From NCBI GenBank assembly GCA_036400035.1, contig DASWLY010000008.1, positions 1 to 50,474 on the forward strand: 50,474 nucleotides of DNA. Reading direction: 5' to 3'. The notes beneath the pieces were generated by a model, which worked only from the letters and a program-made list of their open reading frames with translations, ran no database searches and was not told the DNA's origin. Positions 25,031 to 32,878 of the stretch are shown in pieces. The first letter of the stretch is position 1. Each line of letters starts with the position of its first letter. Position numbers and translations under genes: made by a program. This DNA comes from Allosphingosinicella sp. Lineage in GTDB: Bacteria > Pseudomonadota > Alphaproteobacteria > Sphingomonadales > Sphingomonadaceae.

Positions 25031-26835
25031 TGGACGATTGGAGCGCCTCCGCGATCCGCACCGGCGCGACATTGTGGATCGGGCGCGCTCGCCTTCACAA
25101 TGCCGCTCCCGGGGACCGCGATCGCCTCGCGCTCGGGCTCGAAGCGGTCAGACCGGCGGCCATTGGAGTGCCCGACCGCGCCCTGCTGATCGTGCCCCGT
25201 CTCGTCGTTCGCAAACCGCTTCCCCGGCATGGCGACGCCGGACTTTTCGCCGGCGATGTCGCCGACGCCGTTCGGGTGGCGCTGCGGCGGGCGCGGCGGC
25301 CCGGCGAGCCCGCCTCGTCCAGCGACAGCTTCTTCTTCGCCGACGAGCTCGACGCGGCGGTTCGGATCATCGAGCAATGGCTGGCCGGAGCGCCGCCGGC
25401 CGAACGGGCATGGTGGCCGCACGTCACCGGCGGCGTCGCGCCGCCGGTGTGGTGGCGGCGGGCCATCCGTCCCGACGGCCGCCGCCTGCCCTCGGTCATA
25501 GCGAGGCTGGCACGGCGCGGTGTCGCCGAACTTTGGCTCGGACGGCTCGATCCCGGCGACATCCGCACCGGTCTGGGGGCGATCGCCGAGGCCTATGGGC
25601 TGACCTTGCCGCCCATCGCGGAGGCTCCGGCCCCGGCCCGGCAACGGCGTTCCTCGGACGCGGTTTCGGCGGACCTGGCGCCGGCGGCGGCGCTGGTCGA
25701 GGCGATCGCTCCGGAGGCGCGGCGAGCGGACCTTCCGCCCCCCGTCCGCCTCCTGCTTCTGGTCGGGCTGATCGCCGAGCGTCGGCCGGCGATGCTCGCG
25801 GTCCGCACGGCAAGGCTCGCTTTCGCCGCGGTGGCCGCCGGCACCCTTCCGGAGCCGGGGGAGAGGGCGCACCCGCCTCGGCCACGCGCGCGCTCTTCGA
25901 GCGCCTCCGTGCCGGATCGCCCGCTTCAGCGGGCCCGGACCCGCCGTACGGAGCCGGGCCCGTCCCCAGCGTCGCTTACGCCGACCCTTCCGGCGCCGTT
26001 GGAAGAAACCGCGACTCGCCGGCCCCAGGACCTGAAGCCGCCGGAATCCGCCGTTCGCGCTCCTGTGGAACGGCCCGCGCGCCCGGCCCCCGAGGCCTGG
26101 GACGAAGCACCCTGCCCTTCCGCCGAAATCGGGTCCGAATATGGCGGGCTGCTGTTCCTGCTCAGCGCCTTGCTCGCCCTTGGAATCTATGGCGATTTCA
26201 GCGAGCCTCGGCGGTCGCTTCCGGGCCTTTCGCCGTTCGGCTTGCTTCGGCTGCTCGGCCGCGCGTGGTTCGGAGCGCCGTTCGTCGCCGATCCTCTCCA
26301 TGGCCTGCTCGTGCGCCTGGCGGGAGGACGGCGTGCGGACCCGGCGCGGGACTTCGAGGCGCGCCCCTGGTCGGTGCCGCGGATATGGCTGCTGCCCTGG
26401 CCGGACTCGGGCCCGGCTCTCGTCGCACCTCGCGGGCGGCGGCCGATGCTCTGGCACCCCGCCGGCTTCCCGCTGGCGGAACTGGACGGCGGCGATCCGC
26501 CCTCCGCCGCCCGCGCCGCCCGGCAATTGGGCCTGAAGGGCCGGCCGGGTCCCTCCCGGCTTCCCGCCTTGCCGGTTGCGCCCCGAGCACGCTGGATCGC
26601 CTGCCTGCGCCTCTATCTCGAGGCCCGGGTCGGCAAGGGGCTGGGCTGTGCCGGAGGGATCGAGGCCGTGACCCTGCTGTGCCGCCGGCCCGCCCGCATC
26701 CGCGTCGACGGCGACAGGATCGAAGCCAGATTCGCCCTCGACGATCATCCGCTCGCCATCCGGCTGGCGGGCCTGGACCGCGATCCGGGCTGGATCCCGG
26801 CGGCGCGGTACGATTTCCGGCACTATTTCGAATGA
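25030..26835 (+). CDS. Putative tape-measure-like protein (Afp14-like, 601 aa)
   Basis: Directly upstream of the AAA ATPase. EYGGLLFLL recalls the AGLVLL motif of CIS tape measures. C-terminal IRLAGLDRDPGWIP. Low-complexity Pro/Arg linker. Confidence 0.55.
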   Translation: MDDWSASAIRTGATLWIGRARLHNAAPGDRDRLALGLEAVRPAAIGVPDRALLIVPRLVVRKPLPRHGDAGLFAGDVADAVRVALRRARRPGEPASSSDSFFFADELDAAVRIIEQWLAGAPPAERAWWPHVTGGVAPPVWWRRAIRPDGRRLPSVIARLARRGVAELWLGRLDPGDIRTGLGAIAEAYGLTLPPIAEAPAPARQRRSSDAVSADLAPAAALVEAIAPEARRADLPPPVRLLLLVGLIAERRPAMLAVRTARLAFAAVAAGTLPEPGERAHPPRPRARSSSASVPDRPLQRARTRRTEPGPSPASLTPTLPAPLEETATRRPQDLKPPESAVRAPVERPARPAPEAWDEAPCPSAEIGSEYGGLLFLLSALLALGIYGDFSEPRRSLPGLSPFGLLRLLGRAWFGAPFVADPLHGLLVRLAGGRRADPARDFEARPWSVPRIWLLPWPDSGPALVAPRGRRPMLWHPAGFPLAELDGGDPPSAARAARQLGLKGRPGPSRLPALPVAPRARWIACLRLYLEARVGKGLGCAGGIEAVTLLCRRPARIRVDGDRIEARFALDDHPLAIRLAGLDRDPGWIPAARYDFRHYFE

Positions 26836-28835
26836 ACCCGACGTCCCTCCTCGACCCATTCGAACGGACAGCGGCCAATCATTTGCGGCTCGCGCTGCTC
26901 GGGGTCGTGCTTCGGGTGGTCGAGGTCGCCGCCGACCCGGCCGCCCTGCTCGACGAGGCGCCCTTCCTCGTCGAGCATCTCGCGAACCTCCCTCAGCTTG
27001 CGGAGACGCTTCCCACCGCGGCGGAGTGGCAGGAGGCTCTGCGATCCTGGTGCCACGGCCACGACCATTTCCCGCTCGTGCGGCTGGAGGCGGCGGGGCT
27101 GGCAGGCCTCGACATCGACATCCTGCTCACGCTCGGCTTGGCGGAGGAGGACGGGCGCCTCGCCGCTCTGTTCGGCACGAGCTCGAAGCGGCTGACGCTC
27201 GGCGCGATCGACGCTCTGTGGCGCGGCGCCGAGGCGAGCGGCGAAAGCGTCAGGACGAGCCTGGCGAGGTTGTGCGACGTCGGCCTTGTCGTGCTGCTAA
27301 ACCCGGAGGACGTCCGACTCGACTGGCAATATTCGGTGGCGGCGGCGCTGTGGGACGCGCTTTGCGGGATCGCCCGGCCGCCGGCGGGAATGACCCTCAC
27401 CGTTGCCGCGGCGCTTCCCGAGCCCGGCGGTTTCGTGCCGCCGCGGCCCGATTTTCCAGGGCTGGAGACCCTTGCCGCACTGCTCGCCGGGCCGTCGCGG
27501 CCGATCGTCTGCCTTCGCGGTCCTAGCCATAACGGGCGGCATATGCTGGCCGGCTGCCTGCTGAAGATGCTCGGCCGGCCGCTGCTGACCATCGAGGAAG
27601 CTCTGGTCGGCGACGGCGCGTCATGGCGCCTCGCCGGCGCCCTCGCGATCGTCACCGGCGCGGGGCTGGCGGTGGAGGTGAGAGCCGGCGCGGGCGAGGA
27701 GCGAATCCTGCCGGCCTTGCCGCTGGCGGGCGTGCCGCTCATCGCCATCGCCGGCGTCTCGGGAGCCATTCGAAGCGCCGAACGGCGGCCGGTGGTCGCC
27801 GTCGGCGTGCCGATGCCCGCCCCGGCGGCCCGCGCCGAGCTGTGGCGCCGGACCGGGCTCGATTCCGGCGAAGGGAACATGGGGTGGCTGGCGGCGGAAT
27901 TCCGGCTGACCAGCGGCACGATCGTTCGAGCGGCGGAAGCGGCGGCGGGACAGGCGAAGCTCGCGAGCCGCGACCGGATCGGCCGCGGCGACGTGCAGGC
28001 GGCGATCCGAACCCTGCACGACGCCCGCCTGGAATCGGTCGCCAAAAGAATCGATCTCGGAGACGATACCACCTTCATCGCTCTGGACGAGCTCGCCCGG
28101 GAGGAGCTTTCGGCCCTTGGCGCGCGGTGCCGCCATCGCGAAAGCCTGGCCGGCGGCGGCGCCGGGAGCGGGCCCGGCGCGGGCGGCGTGCGCGGCCTCT
28201 TCGCCGGCCCCAGCGGCACCGGCAAGACGCTCGCCGCCCACTGGCTTGCCCACGGGCTCGGCAAGGACCTGTTCCGGATCGATCTCGCCGCGTCGGTCAG
28301 CAAATATATCGGCGAGACCGAGAAGAATCTCGACCGCGCCTTCGCCGCCGCCGAGGAGCTCGACTGCATCCTGCTGCTCGACGAGGGCGATGCGTTGATG
28401 ACCCGGCGCACCGACGTCGGCAGCTCGAACGATCGCTACGCCAATCTCGAGACCAACTTCCTGCTCCAGCGGATCGAATCCTACGAGGGGATATTGCTGG
28501 TCACCACCAACGCCCCGGACCGGATCGACGAGGCCTTCGCCCGCCGGATGGACGTCGTCGTCCACTTCCGCCTTCCGGACGAAGAGCTGCGTTACGAGAT
28601 ACTGGAGCGCCACCTTGGGCCGCATTCGGCGTCGGACGCGCTCATCCAGGAGATCGCCTGCCGATGCGCGCTGAGCGGAGGCCAGTTGCGCAACCTGGCG
28701 CTGCACGCGCGGCTTCTGGCGCTCGATGCCGGCGGGCCGCTCGGCGACGGACAGGTCCGGACCGCCTTGCTGCGCGAATATCGCAAGACCGATTCCCATT
28801 GCCCGCTTAAGCCGCATCTCGCCGCGGTGATGTGA
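26832..28835 (+). CDS. AAA+ ATPase (Afp15/Pvc15-like)
   Basis: ATGA overlap. Walker A GPSGTGKT, SKYIGETEKNL, Walker B LLLDEGD, DRYANLETNFLLQRIE. A degenerate first P-loop GPSHNGRH. Confidence 0.93.
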   Translation: MNPTSLLDPFERTAANHLRLALLGVVLRVVEVAADPAALLDEAPFLVEHLANLPQLAETLPTAAEWQEALRSWCHGHDHFPLVRLEAAGLAGLDIDILLTLGLAEEDGRLAALFGTSSKRLTLGAIDALWRGAEASGESVRTSLARLCDVGLVVLLNPEDVRLDWQYSVAAALWDALCGIARPPAGMTLTVAAALPEPGGFVPPRPDFPGLETLAALLAGPSRPIVCLRGPSHNGRHMLAGCLLKMLGRPLLTIEEALVGDGASWRLAGALAIVTGAGLAVEVRAGAGEERILPALPLAGVPLIAIAGVSGAIRSAERRPVVAVGVPMPAPAARAELWRRTGLDSGEGNMGWLAAEFRLTSGTIVRAAEAAAGQAKLASRDRIGRGDVQAAIRTLHDARLESVAKRIDLGDDTTFIALDELAREELSALGARCRHRESLAGGGAGSGPGAGGVRGLFAGPSGTGKTLAAHWLAHGLGKDLFRIDLAASVSKYIGETEKNLDRAFAAAEELDCILLLDEGDALMTRRTDVGSSNDRYANLETNFLLQRIESYEGILLVTTNAPDRIDEAFARRMDVVVHFRLPDEELRYEILERHLGPHSASDALIQEIACRCALSGGQLRNLALHARLLALDAGGPLGDGQVRTALLREYRKTDSHCPLKPHLAAVM

Positions 28836-28836
28836 G

Positions 28837-31800
28837 GTGGCGAGCCGGGCGCCCGCCGAAGCCGCCGCCGCGCCCGCCGAGGCTGAGGCCGCGCCGACCC
28901 CTTCGCGCCACCGGGAAAGCCTCCGGGTCCGCACCGCCCTCAAAGTGTCCTCGCCCAGCGATCCGGCCGAGCGGGAGGCCGAAGCGACCGCGAAGCGGGT
29001 GATGCGCATGCCGGCGCCGACGCGGCTCGGCCCGATCGTCGCCCGTGCGCCCCTGCAGCCGGCGCGGGCGCCGGCGATTTCGGTACCGCGTCCGCAGGCC
29101 CCGTCCGGGGCGGCGCCGCCGCCGCCCAAGGCGCGCCCGCCGGAGGAAACCAGCCCGGAGCTCGAGGCGGCGATCAAGAAGGAGAAAGGCGGCGGCCGGC
29201 CGCTTCCCGCCGACATCGCAAGCTTCATGGGGCCGCGCTTCAAGGCCGATTTCAGCGGCGTTCGGATCCACACCGGCGGACGGGCGGAGAATCTCACCAC
29301 CCGCCTCGGCGCCAGGGCCTTCGCCTTCGGCCGCGACATATTCTTCAACGCCGGGCAATTCCAGCCCGCCACGCCCGAAGGCATGGAGCTCATCGCCCAC
29401 GAGCTCACCCACACCATCCAGCAGCGCGAGGTCGTCCAGCGCGAGGTGGCGGACTTTGCGCCCGTGGAGGTCCGCGAGAGCAGCGCTCCCCAGGTCCAGC
29501 GCGGAATCGTCAGCGAGGCCCTCGACTGGATCGCCGACAAGGCCAATTACATACCGGGCTTCCGGCTGTTCACGGTCGTGATCGGCCTCAACCCCGTCAA
29601 CATGAGCAAGGTCGACCGGAGCGGCGCCAACATCCTGCGCGCCCTGATCGAGTTCATCCCCGGCGGCGGGCTGATCGTCGAGGCGCTGGAGAATCACGGA
29701 GTCTTCCAGAAGGGCGGCAAGTTCATCGAGGATCAGTTCCGCTCGCTCGGAATGGTCGGCGGCATGTTCCGCGACGCGCTGATGGAGTTCATCGACTCGC
29801 TCGGCTTCAGCGACATCTTCCGCCTCGGCAGCCTCTGGGGCCGGGCCAAGCGCATCTTCACCGAGCCGATCGACAAGCTCATCGAGTTCGGCAAGGGGCT
29901 GGTCTCCGGCGTCGCCGACATCGTCAAGGACGCGATCCTCAAGCCGCTCGGCCGGTTCGCGGCGTCGGTCGTTCCCAAATGGGACCTGCTGGTCGGAGTG
30001 TTCGGCAAGAACCCGATCTCTGGGGAGGGCACGTCCCCGGCCGCCGCGATCATGGGCTCCTTCATGGAGCTGATCGGCCAGGGCGAGATCTGGAAGAACA
30101 TCCAGCAGGGCAATGCGGTCGGTCAGGCGTGGAGCTGGTTCAAGGGCGCGATGGCGGGCGCGCTGGCGCTCGTCACCTCGATCCCCGGCCGGGTGATGGG
30201 CGTGATCCGCTCGCTCACCATCTTCGACATCGTCACCGTCGCCGGTGCCTTCAAGAAGGTCCTATCCGCTTTCGGGAGCTTCGCCGGGGATTTCATTCGC
30301 TGGGCGGGCGGGACCGTCCTCAAGCTGCTCGAGATCATCCTGTCCGTGGTGGCGCCGACGATGGTGCCCTATCTCAAGAAGGCGGGCTCGGCCTTCGGCA
30401 CGATCATCAAGGCGCCGGGCACCTTCATCGGGACGCTGGTGCGGGCCGGCAAGCTCGGTTTCGGACAGTTCAAGAAGAACATCCTCAAGCACCTCACCCA
30501 GGGCCTGATCAACTGGCTTCTGGGCTCGCTGGCCGGCCTGAACCTCTACCTGCCCAAGAGCTTCGAGCTGAAGGAGATCCTCAAGTTCGGGCTCTCGGTG
30601 GTCGGACTGACCTGGGCCAATCTGCGCGCCAAGCTGGTGGCGGCGACCAACGAGACGGTGGTCAAGACGCTCGAGACCGGCTTCGACCTCGTCGTCACGC
30701 TGGTTCGCGAAGGGCCGGCGGCCGCCTGGCAGCAGCTGCTCCAGTCGCTGTCGAACCTCAAGTCGATGGTGACCGACGCCATCATCGACTACGTCAGGCA
30801 GAAGGTGATCGAGTCCGCGATCGAGAAGCTGGTCTCGATGCTGACCCCGGCGGGCGCCTTCATCCAGGCGATCCTCGCCATCTACCGCACCATCACCTTC
30901 GTCGTGAACAAGCTGTCGGAGATCGGCCGGCTGGTCGCCGCCTTCATCGACAGCATCTCCGCGCTCGCCGGGGGAGTCGTCGCCACCGCCGCCAACCGCA
31001 TCGAATCGGTGCTCGCCACCGGCCTGTCCCTCGCCATCAGCTTCCTCGCCAACTTCGCCGGCCTCGGCAACGTCAGCAAGAAGGTGGTCGAGATCGTCAA
31101 CAAGATCCGCAAGCCGGTCGACAAGGCGCTGGACAAGGTCGTCACCTGGGTCGTCACCAAGGCGAAGCAGCTCGGCAAGATGCTGATAGGATCGAGCGGA
31201 AAGCCCGTCGCCCCGGCCAAGGGCGACAAGCCGACCGACGGCGAGCTCGGCAAGACCGTCACTTTCGCGGCCGTCGACGGCGGGCACCGCCTGTTCGTCG
31301 CCCCGTCCGGCGAGCTGATGCTGGCCAGCAAGCTGCAGAAGCTCTCCGCGCACCTGACGCAGTTCCGCAAGGACGCCAAGAACCTCGACGAGCCGGCCCA
31401 GTCCAAGGTGCTCGGCGCCATCGCGACCGCTCATCCGATTGCGAAGAGCATCGAGAAGGACGCCAAGGAGGCGAAGAAGACCAAGATCGGAACGGACGAT
31501 CGGGACAAGCTCGACAAGCAGATCGAGTCTGCCGAGGTGACTCTGCAGCCACTCCTCAAGACGATCCTCGACGAGCTAGGGGTCAAGGTCCCCGACAGGC
31601 TGGACCCGATGACCTTCAATTTCATCAAGGGCCCGACATGCGATCCCGGCGAGTATAAGCGCCAGCTCGACCGCCAGGCGAAGCAGATCAACGAATGGTC
31701 GGTCGAGATATGGCTGACCCGGCGAGCGCAGTTCACTGAGTTCAAGCGGGCCGCGCGCGCCCGGGGCAAAACGGGCAGGGACATCACCGGCCGTGATCCT

Positions 31801-32268
31801 AGATCGAAGAAGGCCCAGGACCAGGCGAAGGTCGCGGTGTTCGAGCTTATCGTCCAGCGGCTGATGCTGCCGCAGAACGCCACCGGCGGGGTCGCCGCCC
31901 TCATTGCCGCCGACAGCGGCGCGCAGAAGATCGTCGACAGGATATTCGGTAAATTCTCGGAATCTACGCGGCGCAGGGGCATGGCGGAGAGCACGGCGCG
32001 CGCTGCGGTGGAGCCCGAAAAGAAAGGCGTCTCCGCACTTCACGAGCCGGACCAGGTCGTCGGCGGCAAATACAACCAGATCGACGATGTCGGAAATTCC
32101 ACGGTCAACGAGGATATCGGCGCCAACTGGGGCGGGCGCAGTTTCCATGGACTGGCGCGGGCGCCCCTTGCCAAGAACATGGAAACGCAGGTCAAGAGCG
32201 AGATGCGCAAGCTGAAGATCAGCCGCGCTTTCTGGCGCAAGACCAAGATGAACGTCGTGCTGACCTAA
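28837..32268 (+). CDS. DUF4157 (eCIS core) protein with C-terminal Ntox15/Tde1-like DNase toxin domain (1143 aa)
   Basis: DUF4157: GGGRPLP...FKADFSGVRIHT...ARAFAFGRDIFF...LIAHELTHTIQQ. Long helical amphipathic middle. Tip: EYKRQL...GRD...AQ...SALHEPDQVVGG...GNSTVNEDIGANW, with HxxD at about H1069-D1072. Confidence 0.85.
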   Translation: MASRAPAEAAAAPAEAEAAPTPSRHRESLRVRTALKVSSPSDPAEREAEATAKRVMRMPAPTRLGPIVARAPLQPARAPAISVPRPQAPSGAAPPPPKARPPEETSPELEAAIKKEKGGGRPLPADIASFMGPRFKADFSGVRIHTGGRAENLTTRLGARAFAFGRDIFFNAGQFQPATPEGMELIAHELTHTIQQREVVQREVADFAPVEVRESSAPQVQRGIVSEALDWIADKANYIPGFRLFTVVIGLNPVNMSKVDRSGANILRALIEFIPGGGLIVEALENHGVFQKGGKFIEDQFRSLGMVGGMFRDALMEFIDSLGFSDIFRLGSLWGRAKRIFTEPIDKLIEFGKGLVSGVADIVKDAILKPLGRFAASVVPKWDLLVGVFGKNPISGEGTSPAAAIMGSFMELIGQGEIWKNIQQGNAVGQAWSWFKGAMAGALALVTSIPGRVMGVIRSLTIFDIVTVAGAFKKVLSAFGSFAGDFIRWAGGTVLKLLEIILSVVAPTMVPYLKKAGSAFGTIIKAPGTFIGTLVRAGKLGFGQFKKNILKHLTQGLINWLLGSLAGLNLYLPKSFELKEILKFGLSVVGLTWANLRAKLVAATNETVVKTLETGFDLVVTLVREGPAAAWQQLLQSLSNLKSMVTDAIIDYVRQKVIESAIEKLVSMLTPAGAFIQAILAIYRTITFVVNKLSEIGRLVAAFIDSISALAGGVVATAANRIESVLATGLSLAISFLANFAGLGNVSKKVVEIVNKIRKPVDKALDKVVTWVVTKAKQLGKMLIGSSGKPVAPAKGDKPTDGELGKTVTFAAVDGGHRLFVAPSGELMLASKLQKLSAHLTQFRKDAKNLDEPAQSKVLGAIATAHPIAKSIEKDAKEAKKTKIGTDDRDKLDKQIESAEVTLQPLLKTILDELGVKVPDRLDPMTFNFIKGPTCDPGEYKRQLDRQAKQINEWSVEIWLTRRAQFTEFKRAARARGKTGRDITGRDPRSKKAQDQAKVAVFELIVQRLMLPQNATGGVAALIAADSGAQKIVDRIFGKFSESTRRRGMAESTARAAVEPEKKGVSALHEPDQVVGGKYNQIDDVGNSTVNEDIGANWGGRSFHGLARAPLAKNMETQVKSEMRKLKISRAFWRKTKMNVVLT

Positions 32269-32281
32269 GGGAGACGTTGGA

Positions 32282-32875
32282 ATGGCAGCGAAGAAGGAGC
32301 CCGAGCGATCGGTAGCGGCGTTCCGCAAGGCCTGCGGTCCGGCGCAACCTTATCGGCCGTTCAAGCCAGCCGACGCCAAGCGCCTGGGCGAGCGGTTGCC
32401 CGCGGCCTTGCGGCTCCTCGCCGAGATGGACGGGTGGGCGAGCTATGCCGAACAAACGTTCTGGCTTTGCGACCCCGACGATTGGAGCGGCATAGCGGAC
32501 GACTGGATGGAGGACGCCCCCGGCGCTGAGGTGGTCATGCGCACCGGCTTCGGCGACCTGCTGGTTTGGGACGGCGCTTTCTTCTGGCTGGTCATGCCCC
32601 ACCAATCGTCGCGAATGCGGCTCACGGACAATGCCGAATGGCTGCTGCGCTCCAGCCTGCTCAACCCGGAATCCTACTTTCAAAAGGATCTGCCCGGAAT
32701 GATGGAACGGGCGCGCCGGGAGGCTGGGTCCCTGGAAGCGGATACCCTCTACACCTACGTCCCGGCGCTCGCGCTCGGCGGCGATGACAAGAGCTCGAAG
32801 ATCGAGACGGAGAAGGCACGGGAAGCCTTGTCGATCCTGGCGCAGCTCGCGCCGGTCGCCAAGCTTGGACTCTGA
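32282..32875 (+). CDS. GAD-like/DUF1851 (Tdi1-like) immunity protein
   Basis: LPAAL...DGW...FWLCDP...RTGFGDLLVW (GAD-like) and GSLEADTLYTYVPALALGG...LSILAQL (DUF1851). Lies 13 nt after the toxin stop with a GGGAG RBS. Confidence 0.85.
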   Translation: MAAKKEPERSVAAFRKACGPAQPYRPFKPADAKRLGERLPAALRLLAEMDGWASYAEQTFWLCDPDDWSGIADDWMEDAPGAEVVMRTGFGDLLVWDGAFFWLVMPHQSSRMRLTDNAEWLLRSSLLNPESYFQKDLPGMMERARREAGSLEADTLYTYVPALALGGDDKSSKIETEKAREALSILAQLAPVAKLGL

Positions 32876-32878
32876 GCC

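Noticed and set aside
4136-28835. Prophage or tailocin interpretation of the tail genes
   Set aside because: No capsid, portal, terminase, integrase or lysis genes; DUF4255, Afp15-type ATPase and DUF4157 indicate eCIS.
8788-28835. Apparent giant fusions in the track (8788..11142, 17883..21503, 25038..28835)
   Set aside because: Upstream portions are out-of-frame shadows of preceding genes; true starts are the coupled ATGs at 10687, 18699 and 26832.
4136-32875. Type VI secretion system
   Set aside because: No recognisable TssJ/L/M, TssA, TssB/C or ClpV; sheath and tube are phage/Afp-type. Only the toxin tip and immunity are T6SS-like.
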